Of a stretch of 64,000 nt of DNA, positions 40,328 to 52,427 are shown one piece after another. A program made the position numbers and the translations under genes. The notes under the pieces are model-generated. The model did not search any database and had not been told where the DNA came from. It worked only from the letters and a program-made list of their open reading frames with translations. Every line of letters starts with the position of its first letter. Positions within the stretch are counted from its first letter, which is position 1. The DNA comes from the human T2T-CHM13v2.0 reference genome, Homo sapiens, in the NCBI RefSeq assembly GCF_009914755.1, contig NC_060946.1. One strand, written 5' to 3'.

Positions 40328-42579
40328 TGAGAGAACATCTGTGTCAGGAGGGTGAGCGCCCGGTGACAAAGCACGCGCCTGGGCACACAGGCTCACATGG
40401 GAGAAGCCTTTCTCCTAGGTTGCTATGAAAGGCTGGAAATCCGCATCCTGTGGGGACTGGAGAGAAACTGACCTCTGCGGTGCTTTTCCAGGTGCTGCCT
40501 CTCTGCTGGCTCTACCTTGTGGACGTCCACCTGCCCCAGGCGAGGGGACCCTGGGTGGGTGTTTCAGGTTCTCCCGAGGTGTGAGCAACGCTCCTTCTTG
40601 GCCCGCCACTCTGGCTCCTGCTCCCTGGGGACAGGCCTAGAGCTGCTGTCCGCCCTCCTTCCCATTCCTGTGCTCTGCCTCTGCCTTCCTCTGTCCTTGA
40701 GTTGGGCTCTCAGAGCTGGAGGAGGAGGGACAGGCAGGGCTGGTGGGGCCGAGGGGAGCAGGCCAGGCCCACACACAAGCAGGTCTTCTCTCCACAGACG
40801 TTCCTTGGCTGGGGCTGCAAACCACACATGCAACTGGCTTTTGGAAATATTCTCATCAGTGTTTGCTCAGCCACGTTTTTGTAGTGTTTATGTATTGCAA
40901 GATACTTGTCAGTGAGCTGTGCCATCTCCTACATCAGAATCAGCCAGCTAGATGGAAATCCTGTTTGCACATTCGCTATTGAGTACCACCTTCTAATTCT
41001 GTGCTGCATGAAATCACAGTTGTGGGGGTGAAGAAAATTCAGCGGGGTTTCTGTATGGTTCTATTCGGGAACTCGTATTTCATGGCAACTCATTACACTA
41101 AAAGCCCATTTGCCCAACGTGAGAGATTCTGAGGACGTGCAGACGGCAGCTGCCGCTGATCTCGTGGGGGCTCGGATGTCTAAATTCCACCCCGGCCAGG
41201 CATCCCAGGAGTGTGGTGTAGTCAGGCCATTCCAGGGCCTCCGTTGGATATGGACAAGAGGACACTGAGGTCTCCTTGGGGCCTGGTGGCCCGGCCAGCA
41301 GCCTGCCAAAATGCTGTCTCTTCTCTCGTCTTGCCATAAACTGCTGCTGACTTGGGCTGGGCAGCTTGTGCTGTCAGCCTGCCGGCGAGTTCTGGAGGTC
41401 AGACTCACCACCGATGGATGATTCACGCCACCTACAAGCCCCTCTGGGAAAGGTTCTGTGGTCATCTCGTGGTTCGAGAGCTCTCCCGTTGGCATCTCCA
41501 GCAGTGCTGAGCGTCGTCCACGGGGGCCTTGTTTGGGATTTAGGAGCCAGCTTGCTACGGGGAGGAGCCTTCTGGCTGCACAGCCCCTGTCCCAGTGGAT
41601 GGCTTGCCTTGTCCAGGCCACCAGGATCCTTGCCCCTGAGCTTCCTGCAAGCTCGGAGCCTGGAGGAGGGGCCCATCCCAGGAAAGGCATCTGTGCGGTA
41701 GCAAGCTCAAACCGTGAGGTCTCTTCGTTCTCGGATTCTGAGGGCTTAGCATGTGTCAACGTGGCCCCACTAACAGATCCATGGGAAGAACAGGCTAGGA
41801 CCTACCCTGCCTCAGAGCACCCCCAGCGTGAAGAAGGAGGTGTCAACACCGGGGTCCCAGCCCAGTCCTCCCGTGTCTGTGCCAATCCGCCAGGCAGCTG
41901 GGGCACAAGAGTGCGTTCCCGTGCCAGGCCCTCGCCCAGGGCGGCCCTGCAGAAGGACAGAGTGTCCGTGGCCCGCACACTGAGCCCTGATTCTTGGAGG
42001 AGCCATCCATGGGAGACAGCAGACGCTTTTGCACCAGGGTCCCAGTTAAAGAGGACGAGACACTCACACTTCCTTTATGTGCCTTCTGGAACCCCCTGTA
42101 GGGTGACAGGGACACGAAAGGGGGAAAATGGCCTCCTGCTTTGAGTGCAAACTCAGCAAGACAGGTCTGGAAGGATGGGAGCGGGTGGACGGAGCTGACA
42201 AGCAGAGCTGAGCCCCAGGAGAGCAGTGTGTGGGCTCTGCCTCCATTCTGATGCAGGGCAGTGCTGACGGCCTCCTCCCAGCGCTGTAGAGGTGGGCCCA
42301 GTTGACAGGCTGCATAAGAGACCCCTGGTCCTTCCCACCCACCACCTGGGCCTCAGCTCCCTGCAGAATCCAAAGAAAACTGGACTCACAGAGGCTCATG
42401 CTAGAGAGGGAGAGACCTGGGCGGCGTTGGACCCTGCAGCGGAAACACAGCCAAGCATGGCAGGAACTTCTGGAAACCAGGCGATTAGGTGAAAATCGAC
42501 GTTCTGAGGTGAGTCCCCACTCAGCTCCCTGAGGGCTCAGTCAAGAGACAGGAGGCTTCTTTCTGGATACACTTCCTGC

Positions 42580-43016
42580 CTGTGTGTCCTGCGGCCACCA
42601 TAACCAATGACCACGTTCTGAGTGGCTGAAAATGGCAGAAACATATTATCTCAAGGTCCTGAAGGCCAGGAGGTCCAAGATCAAGTGGTCAGGGCCCTGC
42701 TGTCTTGGGAGGCTCTCGAGGAGGCCCCTCTTTTGCCTCTCATAGCTTCTGGTGACCCCAGGTGTTCCTTGGCTCGTGGCCACAGCAGTCCATTCTCTGC
42801 ATCCGTCTTCATGGGGCCTGCTCTGTTTGCCAAATTTCCTTCTCCCTTTTCTTATAAACACTCCAGCTATTGGCTTTAGAGTCCATTGTAAATCTAGGAT
42901 GATTTCATCTGAAGATCTTTCACTAATCATGCCTGGAAAGAACCTATTTCCAAATCAAGTCAGATTTTGAGGTTCCCCAGTGGACATGAACTTTGGGGGC
43001 CCCCCATTCCACCCAC
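42580..43016 (-). mobile_element. MLT1C-like MaLR LTR
   Basis: gccaccataaccaatgaccac...agcttctggtgaccccaggtgttccttggctcgtggc...ggatgatttcatc...cctatttccaaat. Confidence 0.8.
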
Positions 43017-43743
43017 TGAACTCACCCGGCCCAGATCAGAACCCATGGGTGCCATGAGTTGGGGGCCACAGGGCCCTTCTGTGAAGCCCACCTGCCACCA
43101 GCCGGCTGTTCAGTGCTGTGCTCCGAAACATGGTGGAAAGCAAAGGTCACTCTGGGAGAGAAACAAAACCAGAAGAAGCCAAAGGAAGAGGAGCGAGGAA
43201 CGTAGAGGCCGCAAGGAGTCATCGAGACAGCAGAGGAAGGGCCAGCACACCAACTAAACCACAGCTCAGCCTCAGAGACAGCGGACATGCATCCAGACAC
43301 AGGATGGGGCAGGGAGGCGAGGAGGCTGGGGGTGGGGCGGGGCAGGGAGGTGAGGAGGCCAGGGCCTCCATCTTCCTCCTCTTGGGTGCTCTGCTTCCTC
43401 TCCCTGGCTCTCAGCCTTAGGGACATGTTTGGCAGGTGGAAGGGTGTGGTTGTGACCCCATGTGCTGCCTGGAACACTGGCTCTGACCCCTGAGCCCTGT
43501 AGGTGTCATTACCCCAAGCCTGTCCTGCTGGAGAGAAGAGGGGAGCCCAGGACTGGGTGAGTGGTGGGGCCTGCTGGCCCGACCCAGGCGCCTCAAGAGA
43601 CAGAGGTGAGCCTGGCCAGCAAGCCTGCCCCAGCCACAGATGTCACCACTGAGTTTGGACAGTGAGTCTGGATGCTGTTGATGGCCTGGCAGTAGACAAG
43701 TGGGATGGGGAGCTCATTAAAGGAGTGTCGAGAAGCCTGGAGA

Positions 43744-44556
43744 TTTTACATTTAAGTCTTTAATCCGTCTTGAGTTAATTTTTGTATAAGGTGTAAGGAA
43801 GGGGTCCAGTTTCAGTTTTCTGCATATGGCTAGCCAGTTTTCCCAGCACCATTTATAAAACAGGGAATCCTTTCCCATTGCTTGTTTTGTCAGGCTTGTC
43901 GAAGATCAGATGGTTGTAGATGTGTAGTGTTATTTCTGAGGCCTCTGTTCTGTTTCATTGGTCTATATATCTGTTTCGGTACCAGTACCATGCTGTTTTG
44001 GTTACTGTAGCCTTGTAGTATAGTTTGAAGTCAGGTAACATGATGCCTCCAGCTTTGTTCTTTCTGCCTAGGATCCACACATATGTATATTGCAGCACTA
44101 TTTACAATAGCAAAGATGTGGAACCAACCCAAATGCCCATCAATGATAGACTGGATAAAGAAAATGTGGCATATACACACCGTGGAATACTATGCAGCCA
44201 TAAAAAAGAATGAGTTCATGCCCTTTGCAGGGACATGGATGAAGTTGGAAACCATCATCCTCAGCAAACTAACACAGGAACAGAAAACCGAACACCACGT
44301 GTTCTCACTCATAAGTGGGAGTTGAACAATGAGAACACATGGACACCAGGAGGGGAACATCACACACCAGGGCCTGTTGGGAGGTGGGGGGCCAGGGGAG
44401 GGAAAGCATTAGGACAAATACCTAATGCATGTGGGGCTTAAAACCTAGATGACAGGTTGATAGGTGCAGCAAACCACCGTGGCACATGTGTACCTATGTA
44501 ACAAACCTGCACGTTCTGCACATGTATCCCAGAACTGAAAGTAAAATTTTAATAAG
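43744..44556 (+). mobile_element. 5'-inverted (twin-primed) L1PA8-like insertion
   Basis: Antisense ORF2 segment 43744-44075, then sense ORF2 end and 3'UTR 44076-44556; TSD AGCCTGGAGA at 43734 and 44557. Confidence 0.9.
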
Positions 44557-44689
44557 AGCCTGGAGAGCGCTTTGGGAAACTGTACACATACACACACGTA
44601 TATGTCTACATGGCAGAGATGTGTGCATACATGTACATATGGTATGCCTATAGGTACTGTATGCCTGTGTGTGTGTAGCAGCAGAGTGT

Positions 44690-45050
44690 ATTACAAACCC
44701 AGTAGAATGTTGGAGACATAAAACTGAGGCAATCTCTCAGAAAGCAGAGAGTGGAATTTTCTAAAAGAAATGGGAACTAGGAAAGGAAAACAATAATCAG
44801 AAAATTGATTCAGGAGTTCTGAACGATATAACCTCCTGAAATAGCAGAAAATGAAGAAGAAATTATCAAAGAAATGCTTTCTAAAAATCTCTCCAGAACT
44901 GATGTCAGTTTCCCCGTGAGAGTACTCATCAAGCCCAGAAAATGAATGAATACAGTCGCATCCTAAAGCATGCCAGCATGAAATTTCAGACCACGGGAGA
45001 TGAAAAACATCCCCAAAACTCAGAGGGAAAAACCAGGTCATGGGCAAAGA
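44690..45050 (+). mobile_element. Ancient L1M ORF1-region remnant
   Basis: A-rich, with gaaattatcaaagaaat...tctccagaactga...tgaaatttcaga resembling old L1 ORF1. Confidence 0.5.
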
Positions 45051-48038
45051 CGCCCACAGCAGCGTCGTCGGGTTCTCAGCAGATCGCCGAAGCCGGGAAA
45101 CAGTGTTGCCAGGTCTTGCAGAGCGCAGGCTGCGACTCCTGACCTGGAACTCCATCACTGCTGGAACGGGCCGTCAAGGGTGCAGGAAGAACAGGCTCCA
45201 GCCCTGGACATCCCAGGAGGAGCCCTGCACATCCCAGGAGGAGCCCTGCACGTACCTGTGCTTCGGAAGATGAGGGGAAGGGGTCAGGGGACAAGAGGTG
45301 TCTCCCAGGGAGAGGGCAATGAAGAAGCACCCAATGTTTCTAGCAGGAATTCGCAAATGAATTCCAAATATGCAGGCATTCAGGGAGGGAAAAAACGAAG
45401 ATTTTTCTAGGAAAACAAGCACAAATGCCCTGAGGCTCCAGCGTGGGAACGTTGGAGAGCTGTGGCCGAGCCAGCACTGCCTCAGCCAGATCCATTGCCC
45501 ACGTATTCATCAGGCCCCGTTCTCTGTCGGGCACTGCAGGTGCCATTGGAGAGTTCCAGTGCTTCCCAGGGACCACAGAGCAGGCATGGCCTCTGCCCTC
45601 CAGGAGCCACACGGGGGTGATCATCATTGGGCACAGCTTCTGAGGGGGGTGATGGCCCAGTTGAATTGGTCAGGGCATAGGCAAGGGAAGAGGGTCCACC
45701 CAGGTCCTCTGGGCCAGCACCCTGGAGAGCCAGGCTTAGGCATCCAGAGGGACCAGGTTGTCACCAGAAGTGAATAAGGCCCCAGGCTGGGCAGGGCCAG
45801 TCTGCAAGGCCCGGGAGCCGTCTGTCCTGCGTGTGGTGGGGGAGGACACAGAGCCACTTCATCTGGGAGTGAGATAGAGCTGCCTTCACGAGCCCAGGTG
45901 GGCTGTGGAGCTCGTGGCCTTGCATGGCCAGGGCAGGGCTGCTGCGGACAGCAGGCCACGGGCTGAGCAGAAGCGGAGGGCCCGGGAGGGTCTGCAATGC
46001 CCTCTCCCAGAGACAGGCAGGCGAGAGCCGAGGTGGTATCAGGGTGCACCCAGGCGTCCTCACCCGGCCTCTCCCTGGGATGCCCATGGCCACTTCCTGG
46101 CCCCCTGCACAGCAGACACTGGGCCCCGCTGTGGCCGTCATTAGTCAGCAAAGGCCGGGGCTGCTGGAGGAAGAAGGGGGATGCTGTAGCTGAACACTGA
46201 GCCTCTGTGGGGGCAGCGGGGAGGCCCCCAAGCAGGAAGGTGGTGGCTGTGGTTGTGGAGGGAAGTCAAGAGGTGTCTTGAGGGAGGATCCACAGTTACC
46301 AGGCAGCCAACCACACGCAAGCAGGGAGGGAGGACATGGGCCTGGCAGACCTGTGTGGGCGCCATCCTCCCGTGCGACCTGTGTCTGCCCTGTCCGACCC
46401 CCATTAGGAGCCTGCGGTTCATCTCCCAGAGCACTCCCCAGAGTACCAGAGCATCTCTGGTACTCCCCAGAGCACAGCCAAGCCGGGGCCTTGGGGCCCC
46501 CTCCCCGCACAAGGACCCTGGTCCCAGCCAGGCTTCCCCCGGCCCCGTGAGGTCAACCAGGAATTCACGCAGCCCTTTCGGATTCTGGAAGTTTCTTAAG
46601 TGACTGGGAGTTCCACCCCCGCCCCCCAACCTTCCAGTCCTCCGTGTGAGCCTCTTCCCTCTCTGTTGCTGGGAGCATTCATAGTCCCCATCCTGCACCA
46701 GGCTTGCCCTGCAGAGACAGGGTGCAGCTTGTCACTTCCTCCCTTCATGTGACAAGGTGGCCCCTGCCCCCGGCTCACTGTCACCATGGCTGAGGGCCCA
46801 CCCTGCCCTCCACCATCTGTCTGTCCCCATGTCCTCCTAGCTGAGCAATCCTCTTTGCCCGGCCGGGTCAGCTCCGCCTTGAGGACTGGGGAGCATAGCT
46901 GTTCTCAACGTGGAAGAAACGCAGTTTTAATCCATTTTATGGGCCCAGGGGGATTTTCAACTTTTTCTTTTGAATCCCGTGTGGGGAGGTGTGCAGACAT
47001 TCCTCTCGCCAGGGGCCCTGGCCTGCACACACCCGCAGGGGCTCTGCTTCCCAAGGCCGGCTCACCTTCCCCGTCCTTCTGGAACTAATGCCAGGTGGAC
47101 GCAGAGCCGGCAGGACTGAAGAGAACCGCCCCTCGGGTGAGGTGGCACGTCCCGTTCCCCTCGGAGCCCTCCAGCCAGCAGCTCAGCCCTGGCTGCCTGG
47201 GCCAGAGCCCAGAGGCTCCAAGTCCGTCTGGAGTGTGATCAGATGGCGTTCATGGAGACTGACTCAGGGAACTGGAGGGAGAGGGAGGCTGAGCTCAGGA
47301 AGAGGTGGCTGCGATGGCCAGGGGAGAGGAAAACTGCCCAGAAGGATCGTGAAGGAAGAGGAGAGAGAAGGACATTCCCTACCCTCTCACCAGCCCAAGA
47401 GAGCAGGGTGGTGGTGGGCCGAGGTGGCCTCAGGACTGCCCCCCCTGCATTCTCTCCCAAGGACAAAGAAGGCTGAGGCTTAAACAGGTCTGAGAGACGG
47501 CGCAGGGGTGGGTACTTGGCCAGAAGTGGCCGGGGACCCGCACCTAACTAATCTTTTTTCTGCACAAACAATGAAAAATACTAAGTCATTACTCTGCTCC
47601 CTGTCTGCAATCCATTTTGCGTTCTTTTGAATCACCGCTATTCATCACCACGATAATGGCTGGACATTTTAATAGATTCTGTGTGTAAACAAAAACGTAT
47701 ATGGCCGGCGCCACATCAGCTAGTATTGTAAGCAGTGACACTCTTCATTTTCTCAGCAGAAATGAGCCCAGAAACAAAAAAAAATTGGTTTGACCAAACC
47801 CACATTATTTCTGTCTGCACTTTGGGCCACTTTTGTAATGGGAGACGTGACACGCTGGGCGCCATTTACAGTAATTGTCCTGCATTAGGCTCGATCTTCC
47901 TTAAAGAATTTGTTCTTTGAATCGTTTTAAATACATAAATGGCAAATGGCTGAAATGTGAGGACGCTCGCCCGGTGCAGAAGGGTGGACGGGGTCTGTCG
48001 CGAAACCCAGTGGGTGTGGCGGGGCTGGGGATTTCCTG

Positions 48039-48055
48039 GTGCCCCCTACTGGTCA
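48039..48055 (-). promoter_or_regulatory. CTCF core motif TGACCAGTAGGGGGCAC
   Basis: Reverse complement of gtgccccctactggtca matches CCASYAGRKGGCRS at all 14 positions; binding not demonstrated. Confidence 0.7.
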
Positions 48056-49548
48056 GAAAGTTACGTTACGTTGGGTCAGGGTGAGGATCAGGCTTAGGGT
48101 TTGTCTGAGTGACATGATCAGTGCCTCCTTCTCCTTTTCCCTGCCCTTGCTTCCCTGTCTTCTCCCCACCGTTCCCATCCCTCTGACACTGTTTTGGTGC
48201 CAAGTCAGAGACTGGAATGCAGAGATGAGACACGTGACCCAACATCTCAGGGACACCCCTCGAGAATCGCTGGAGGGGTCACTTTTTGGTGCCAAATGGG
48301 CCTGCTTGGTTGGCCTCTGAGTCTGGCACATCACTGGGAAGAGAGGTGGGAAAGGCTTGCTGAGTAAATGGCAGACAGCACTCTGTTTACCTGGCGGGGA
48401 CTGCGGCAAGGTGCTCACATCCCACCGTGCATAGCCAGGACAGAGGGGTCCTGGGGACCATCCTCCGGCTATGCAGGTGCGGGGAGCCTGGTCTCCAAGA
48501 CATGGGGAGACACCCTGTCTTGTTGCTGACAGGGCAGCTTCCCAGAAGTTCTCATTATGTTCACAATGGAAATGCAATGCCTTGGTCCCCACCACGCTGG
48601 CACCTGGGCACGGAGCCTCCACAGGGTTCCCTGTGCTCGAGACGTATTTCTGAGCAGCACCTTCCAGGGCCTGGCTGTGGTCTAGAGGAACTCTGCTCAC
48701 AGTGCAGACCACGGAATGCCCTGGAAGGGCTCCACGTCCTGCCCAGACCCCTGGGGACCCTTTCTGGGTGGATCCCAGAATAGGCACTTCTTGTTCCTGC
48801 CTCAGGCCCCCTCATGCACAGTGAAGTCACACCCACGTGAAGACCCCGGATGAGGAACCCGAGTGGCCCCCTCTCCTGAGGGCGCTAAGGCCACTGTCCC
48901 CTGCTGGGCCAGGCTCCCTGACAGCCCCACTGTGTGGTTGCCCAAGCAGGAAGGTGGACGTGAGCTCCATCTCGATGGGTGAGGCTTTGGGATGCTGGAC
49001 TTTCAAATGGCCCTGGAATCTACACAATCCTAGGGGAAGGATAGAGTCCCGCCTTAGACACTGGAGTCTTCCCCATAGAGGGTTGCCCCTGTGAGGGACA
49101 ACCTCCCTGGCCATTCTAGAGCAGCCTGGGCCACTGCCCCCGTGCCACCATTTCAGCCCGCCCACTGCCTTCATGCCACCCACTGCCTTCGTCCCGCCCG
49201 CTGCGTGTGACCTCAGATCCTCACCAGAGCACTGCCTCCGTGCTGCTGTTTCAAGCCCGTCCACTGTGTGTGATCTCAGGTCCTCACCAGAGCCGTTGGA
49301 ACCGGTGCCACTGTCTGATTCCAAGTCTCATGAACTGATTGGCAGAAGGTGCTGGCCAAGTGCTGGAAAACCTGTTTTTCTCCTATTGGTTGGCAGAAGG
49401 TGCTGGCCAAGTGCTGGAAAACCTGTTTTTCTCCTATTGGTTTATAATCCTTATAATCTTACAGATGACATCACTTTGAGATTAATTTCTTTGTAAAGGA
49501 CAAAGATGAACTTATTCCTTCCTGACTGTACTGTGGAAAGTAAGATCA

Positions 49549-49849
49549 GGGTGGGGCACAGTGGCTCACGCCTGTAATCCCAGCACTTTGGGAGGCCAAG
49601 CAGGCAGATCACTTGAAGTCAGGGGTTCGAAACCAGCCCGGCCAACATGGTGAAACCCCGCCTCTACTAAAAATACAAAAATGTGCCAAGCGTGGTGGCA
49701 CGCACCTGTGATCCTAGCTACTTGGGAGGCTGAGGCAGGAGAATCGCTTGATCGCTTGAACCTAGGAGGCGGAGGCTGCAGTGAACCGAAATCACACCAC
49801 TGCACTCCAGCCCAGGCGACAGAGCAAAACTCTGTCTGAAAAAAAAAAA
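49549..49849 (+). mobile_element. Full-length AluS
   Basis: Both arms and an 11-A tail; left TSD GAAAGTAAGATCA at 49536-49548, whose partner lies at 50584 after the L1. Confidence 0.96.
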
Positions 49850-49852
49850 TTT

Positions 49853-50583
49853 AATAAACATACGTGTGTGTGTGTCTTTATAGTAGAATGATTTATAATC
49901 CTTGGGGTACATACCCAGTTATGGGATTGCTGGGTCAAATAGTATTTCTAGTTCTAGATCCTTGAGGAATCGCCACACTGTCTTCCACAATAGTTGAACT
50001 AATTTACACTCCCACCAACAGTGTAAAAGCGTTCCTATTTCTCCACCTCCTCTCCAGCATCTGTTGTTTCCTGACTTTTTAATGACCGCCATTCTAATTG
50101 GCGTGAGGTGGTATCTCATTGTTTATTGCGGCACCGTTCACGATAGCAAAGACTTGGAAAGTGAACCCAAGTGTTCATCAATGATAGACTGGATAAAGCA
50201 AATGTGGCACATATACACCATAGAATACTATGCAGTCATAAAAAAGGATGAGTTAATGTCCTTTGCAGGGACATAGATGAAACTGGAAACCATCATTCTC
50301 AGCAAACTAACAACAGGAACAGAAAACCAAACACCGCGTGTTCTCACTCATAAGTGGGAGTTGAACAATGAGAACACATGGACACAGGGAGGGGAACATC
50401 ACACACTGGGGCCTGTCGGGGTGGGGGGCTAGGGGAGGGATAGCATCAGGAGAAATACCTAATGTAAGTGACAGGTTGATGGGTGCAGCAAACCACCACG
50501 GCACATGTATACCTATGTACCAAAACTGCACGTTCTGCCATGTACCCCAGAACTTAAAGTATATAAAAACAAAAATTGAAAAA
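49853..50583 (+). mobile_element. 5'-inverted (twin-primed) L1PA7-like insertion
   Basis: Antisense ORF2 piece 49853-50122 joined through TGT microhomology to a sense piece 50120-50583 ending in the 3'UTR and A-rich tail. Confidence 0.92.
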
Positions 50584-50725
50584 GAAAGTAAGATCAACAT
50601 GCAAGGTGGGTGCACGCCACAGGGGCAGTCATGGCCGGGGGTACATCCTAACAGTGAGGTGCTGTCTCCAATCAGCTGGGCTGCACGCCACAGGGCAGTC
50701 ATGTCTAGGGTCCATCCTAACAGTG

Positions 50726-50872
50726 AGCATATGTAGAACTGGACGCTGGGCAGAGGCTGTGCAAGGAGTGAGTGTGTGGCTGCATTAATCCAGAAAGCCA
50801 CGGAGGCTTCTATGGACTTGCAGGGGAGCCCGTCTTCTCCTCTCTCCTCCAAACGCTGGAGAAGCTCGTTCT
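50726..50872. repeat. Left arm of a 147-bp inverted repeat (partner 52281-52427)
   Basis: Reverse-complement match with 4 mismatches by hand; also visible as a shared peptide in ORFs 50307..50852(-) and 51869..52453(+). Confidence 0.95.
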
Positions 50873-51519
50873 AGCTGTCTCTAGCCCCAAGGCCGCCCTC
50901 TACCTGTGCCCAGCCTGTCCCCTGAGCCCCAGGTTCCCATCATGACAGACCGGTCCCTTTGTCACAGCACCTGTGTGTGCCGTCTTCTTGGCTGGTGTGT
51001 CCAGATGTGCCTCATTCTCAGCCCAGCTCTTCAGACCCAGATAGCAGCACACAGGATACCGGGGCTCTGCCAGCCACCCCCTTCCAAATGGCTTCTGCAT
51101 GCCACAGTGGGAATGAAATACGACGTGTGGCATGGGCGCTTGTTAAAGATCAGTCTTTAAAAATGAAATAGAAGGATTTGTGTCTGCATCCAAATTACTT
51201 TAAATGTCAGCTCCCCGTTAAACCCAAGATATGGCGGGTGGCACAGGTCCTTGGATGACACCTCTACCCCGTCGTGTTCATCAGTGCCGGCGTCTTCGTC
51301 ACTGCGGCTCTGTCCCTGGGTCCCTTCGCATATCACCTCTTCCTGAACTGGAATATAAATCTCAGGCTCCATAGGCTTTGGGCATGATTGAACCACTGTG
51401 TGCCTCCCAGACTGACAAGCCCCTTCCAGGGATGCGGCCATTGTACCAAAAAGACTTACTGGGTCAGATCCCACCATCCTCCCCCTGCCTGGAAGAGTGA
51501 CTGCTCTTCTGCGTGCTAG

Positions 51520-51630
51520 GGTGGGAGACCTTGTGGAAGTCAGTTTATCTTTAGAGTTTCAGTTTCCTTATCTGTAGAAGGGGGTAAGAATGCCCCCAGG
51601 GTTGACCCTTCAGGTTCATGGGATGATAAG
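51520..51630. mobile_element. MIR fragment
   Basis: gaccttgtggaagtc...tttcagtttccttatctgtagaaggggg. Confidence 0.6.
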
Positions 51631-51882
51631 AAAGGAAAATGGTGGACGAGAAAGGTTTCTGAGGCTCTGCTGTGCTCCTGGCCCTCTTGCTTGCTTCTGC
51701 CCTACCTAAGGCACAGACAAGTTCTCTGTGTAGGAAAAGGATTCTTGTTTTCCACATGTGGTATCTTCCAGAGTATCCTGGAATGTCTACATGCCCGATT
51801 AGAATCCAGCATTAGAATGAAGTCAGACTCTCAGCCTCTTCTTTGGGAAACCCCTGCCCATCTGGTCATTGGTGCTGTGCAA

Positions 51883-52098
51883 CAGGAAAGACTCGGGGTG
51901 CTGGTTGCATTGCTGCAGCAGGAGAGACTCGGGGTTCTGGTTGCATTGCTGCAGCAGGAGAGACTCAGGGTTCTCGTTGCATTGCTGCAGTAGGAGAGAC
52001 TTGGGGTTCTCGTTGCATTGCTGCAAGCAGGAGAGACTCGGGGTTCTCGTTGCATTGCTGCAGCAGGAGAGACTCAGGGTACTGCTTGCATTGCTGCA
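51883..52098. repeat. 36-bp VNTR x6
   Basis: CAGGAGAGACTCGGGGTTCTCGTTGCATTGCTGCAG, period 36. Confidence 0.95.
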
Positions 52099-52280
52099 TC
52101 TCTCAAAAGCTTTGTTTTGTTGTTGGTTAGATTTGGCACTGTGTAGTCATGGCCATGTGGCTTCAGGTTCTCACAGGACACAGGGACATGTGACTGATGA
52201 GGTTTCAAGAGAGGAGGATTGGATGAGTGGGGGATTGCAGCTTCCCTCCTCCCGACACCTGGGACCCTCCACTCACAGAG

Positions 52281-52427
52281 AGAATGAGCTTCTCCAGCGT
52301 TTGGAGGAGAGAGGAGAAGATGGGCTCCCCTGCAAGTCCATAGAAGCCTCCGTGGCTTTCTGGATTAATGCAGCCACACACTCACTCCTTGCACAGCCTC
52401 TGCCCAGTGTCCAGTTTTACATATGCT
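52281..52427. repeat. Right arm of the 147-bp inverted repeat (partner 50726-50872)
   Basis: Reverse complement of the left arm. Confidence 0.95.

Noticed and set aside
44083-44325. L1 ORF2 C-terminal ORFs (also 49919-50276)
   Set aside because: Short remnants of truncated, inverted L1PA insertions.
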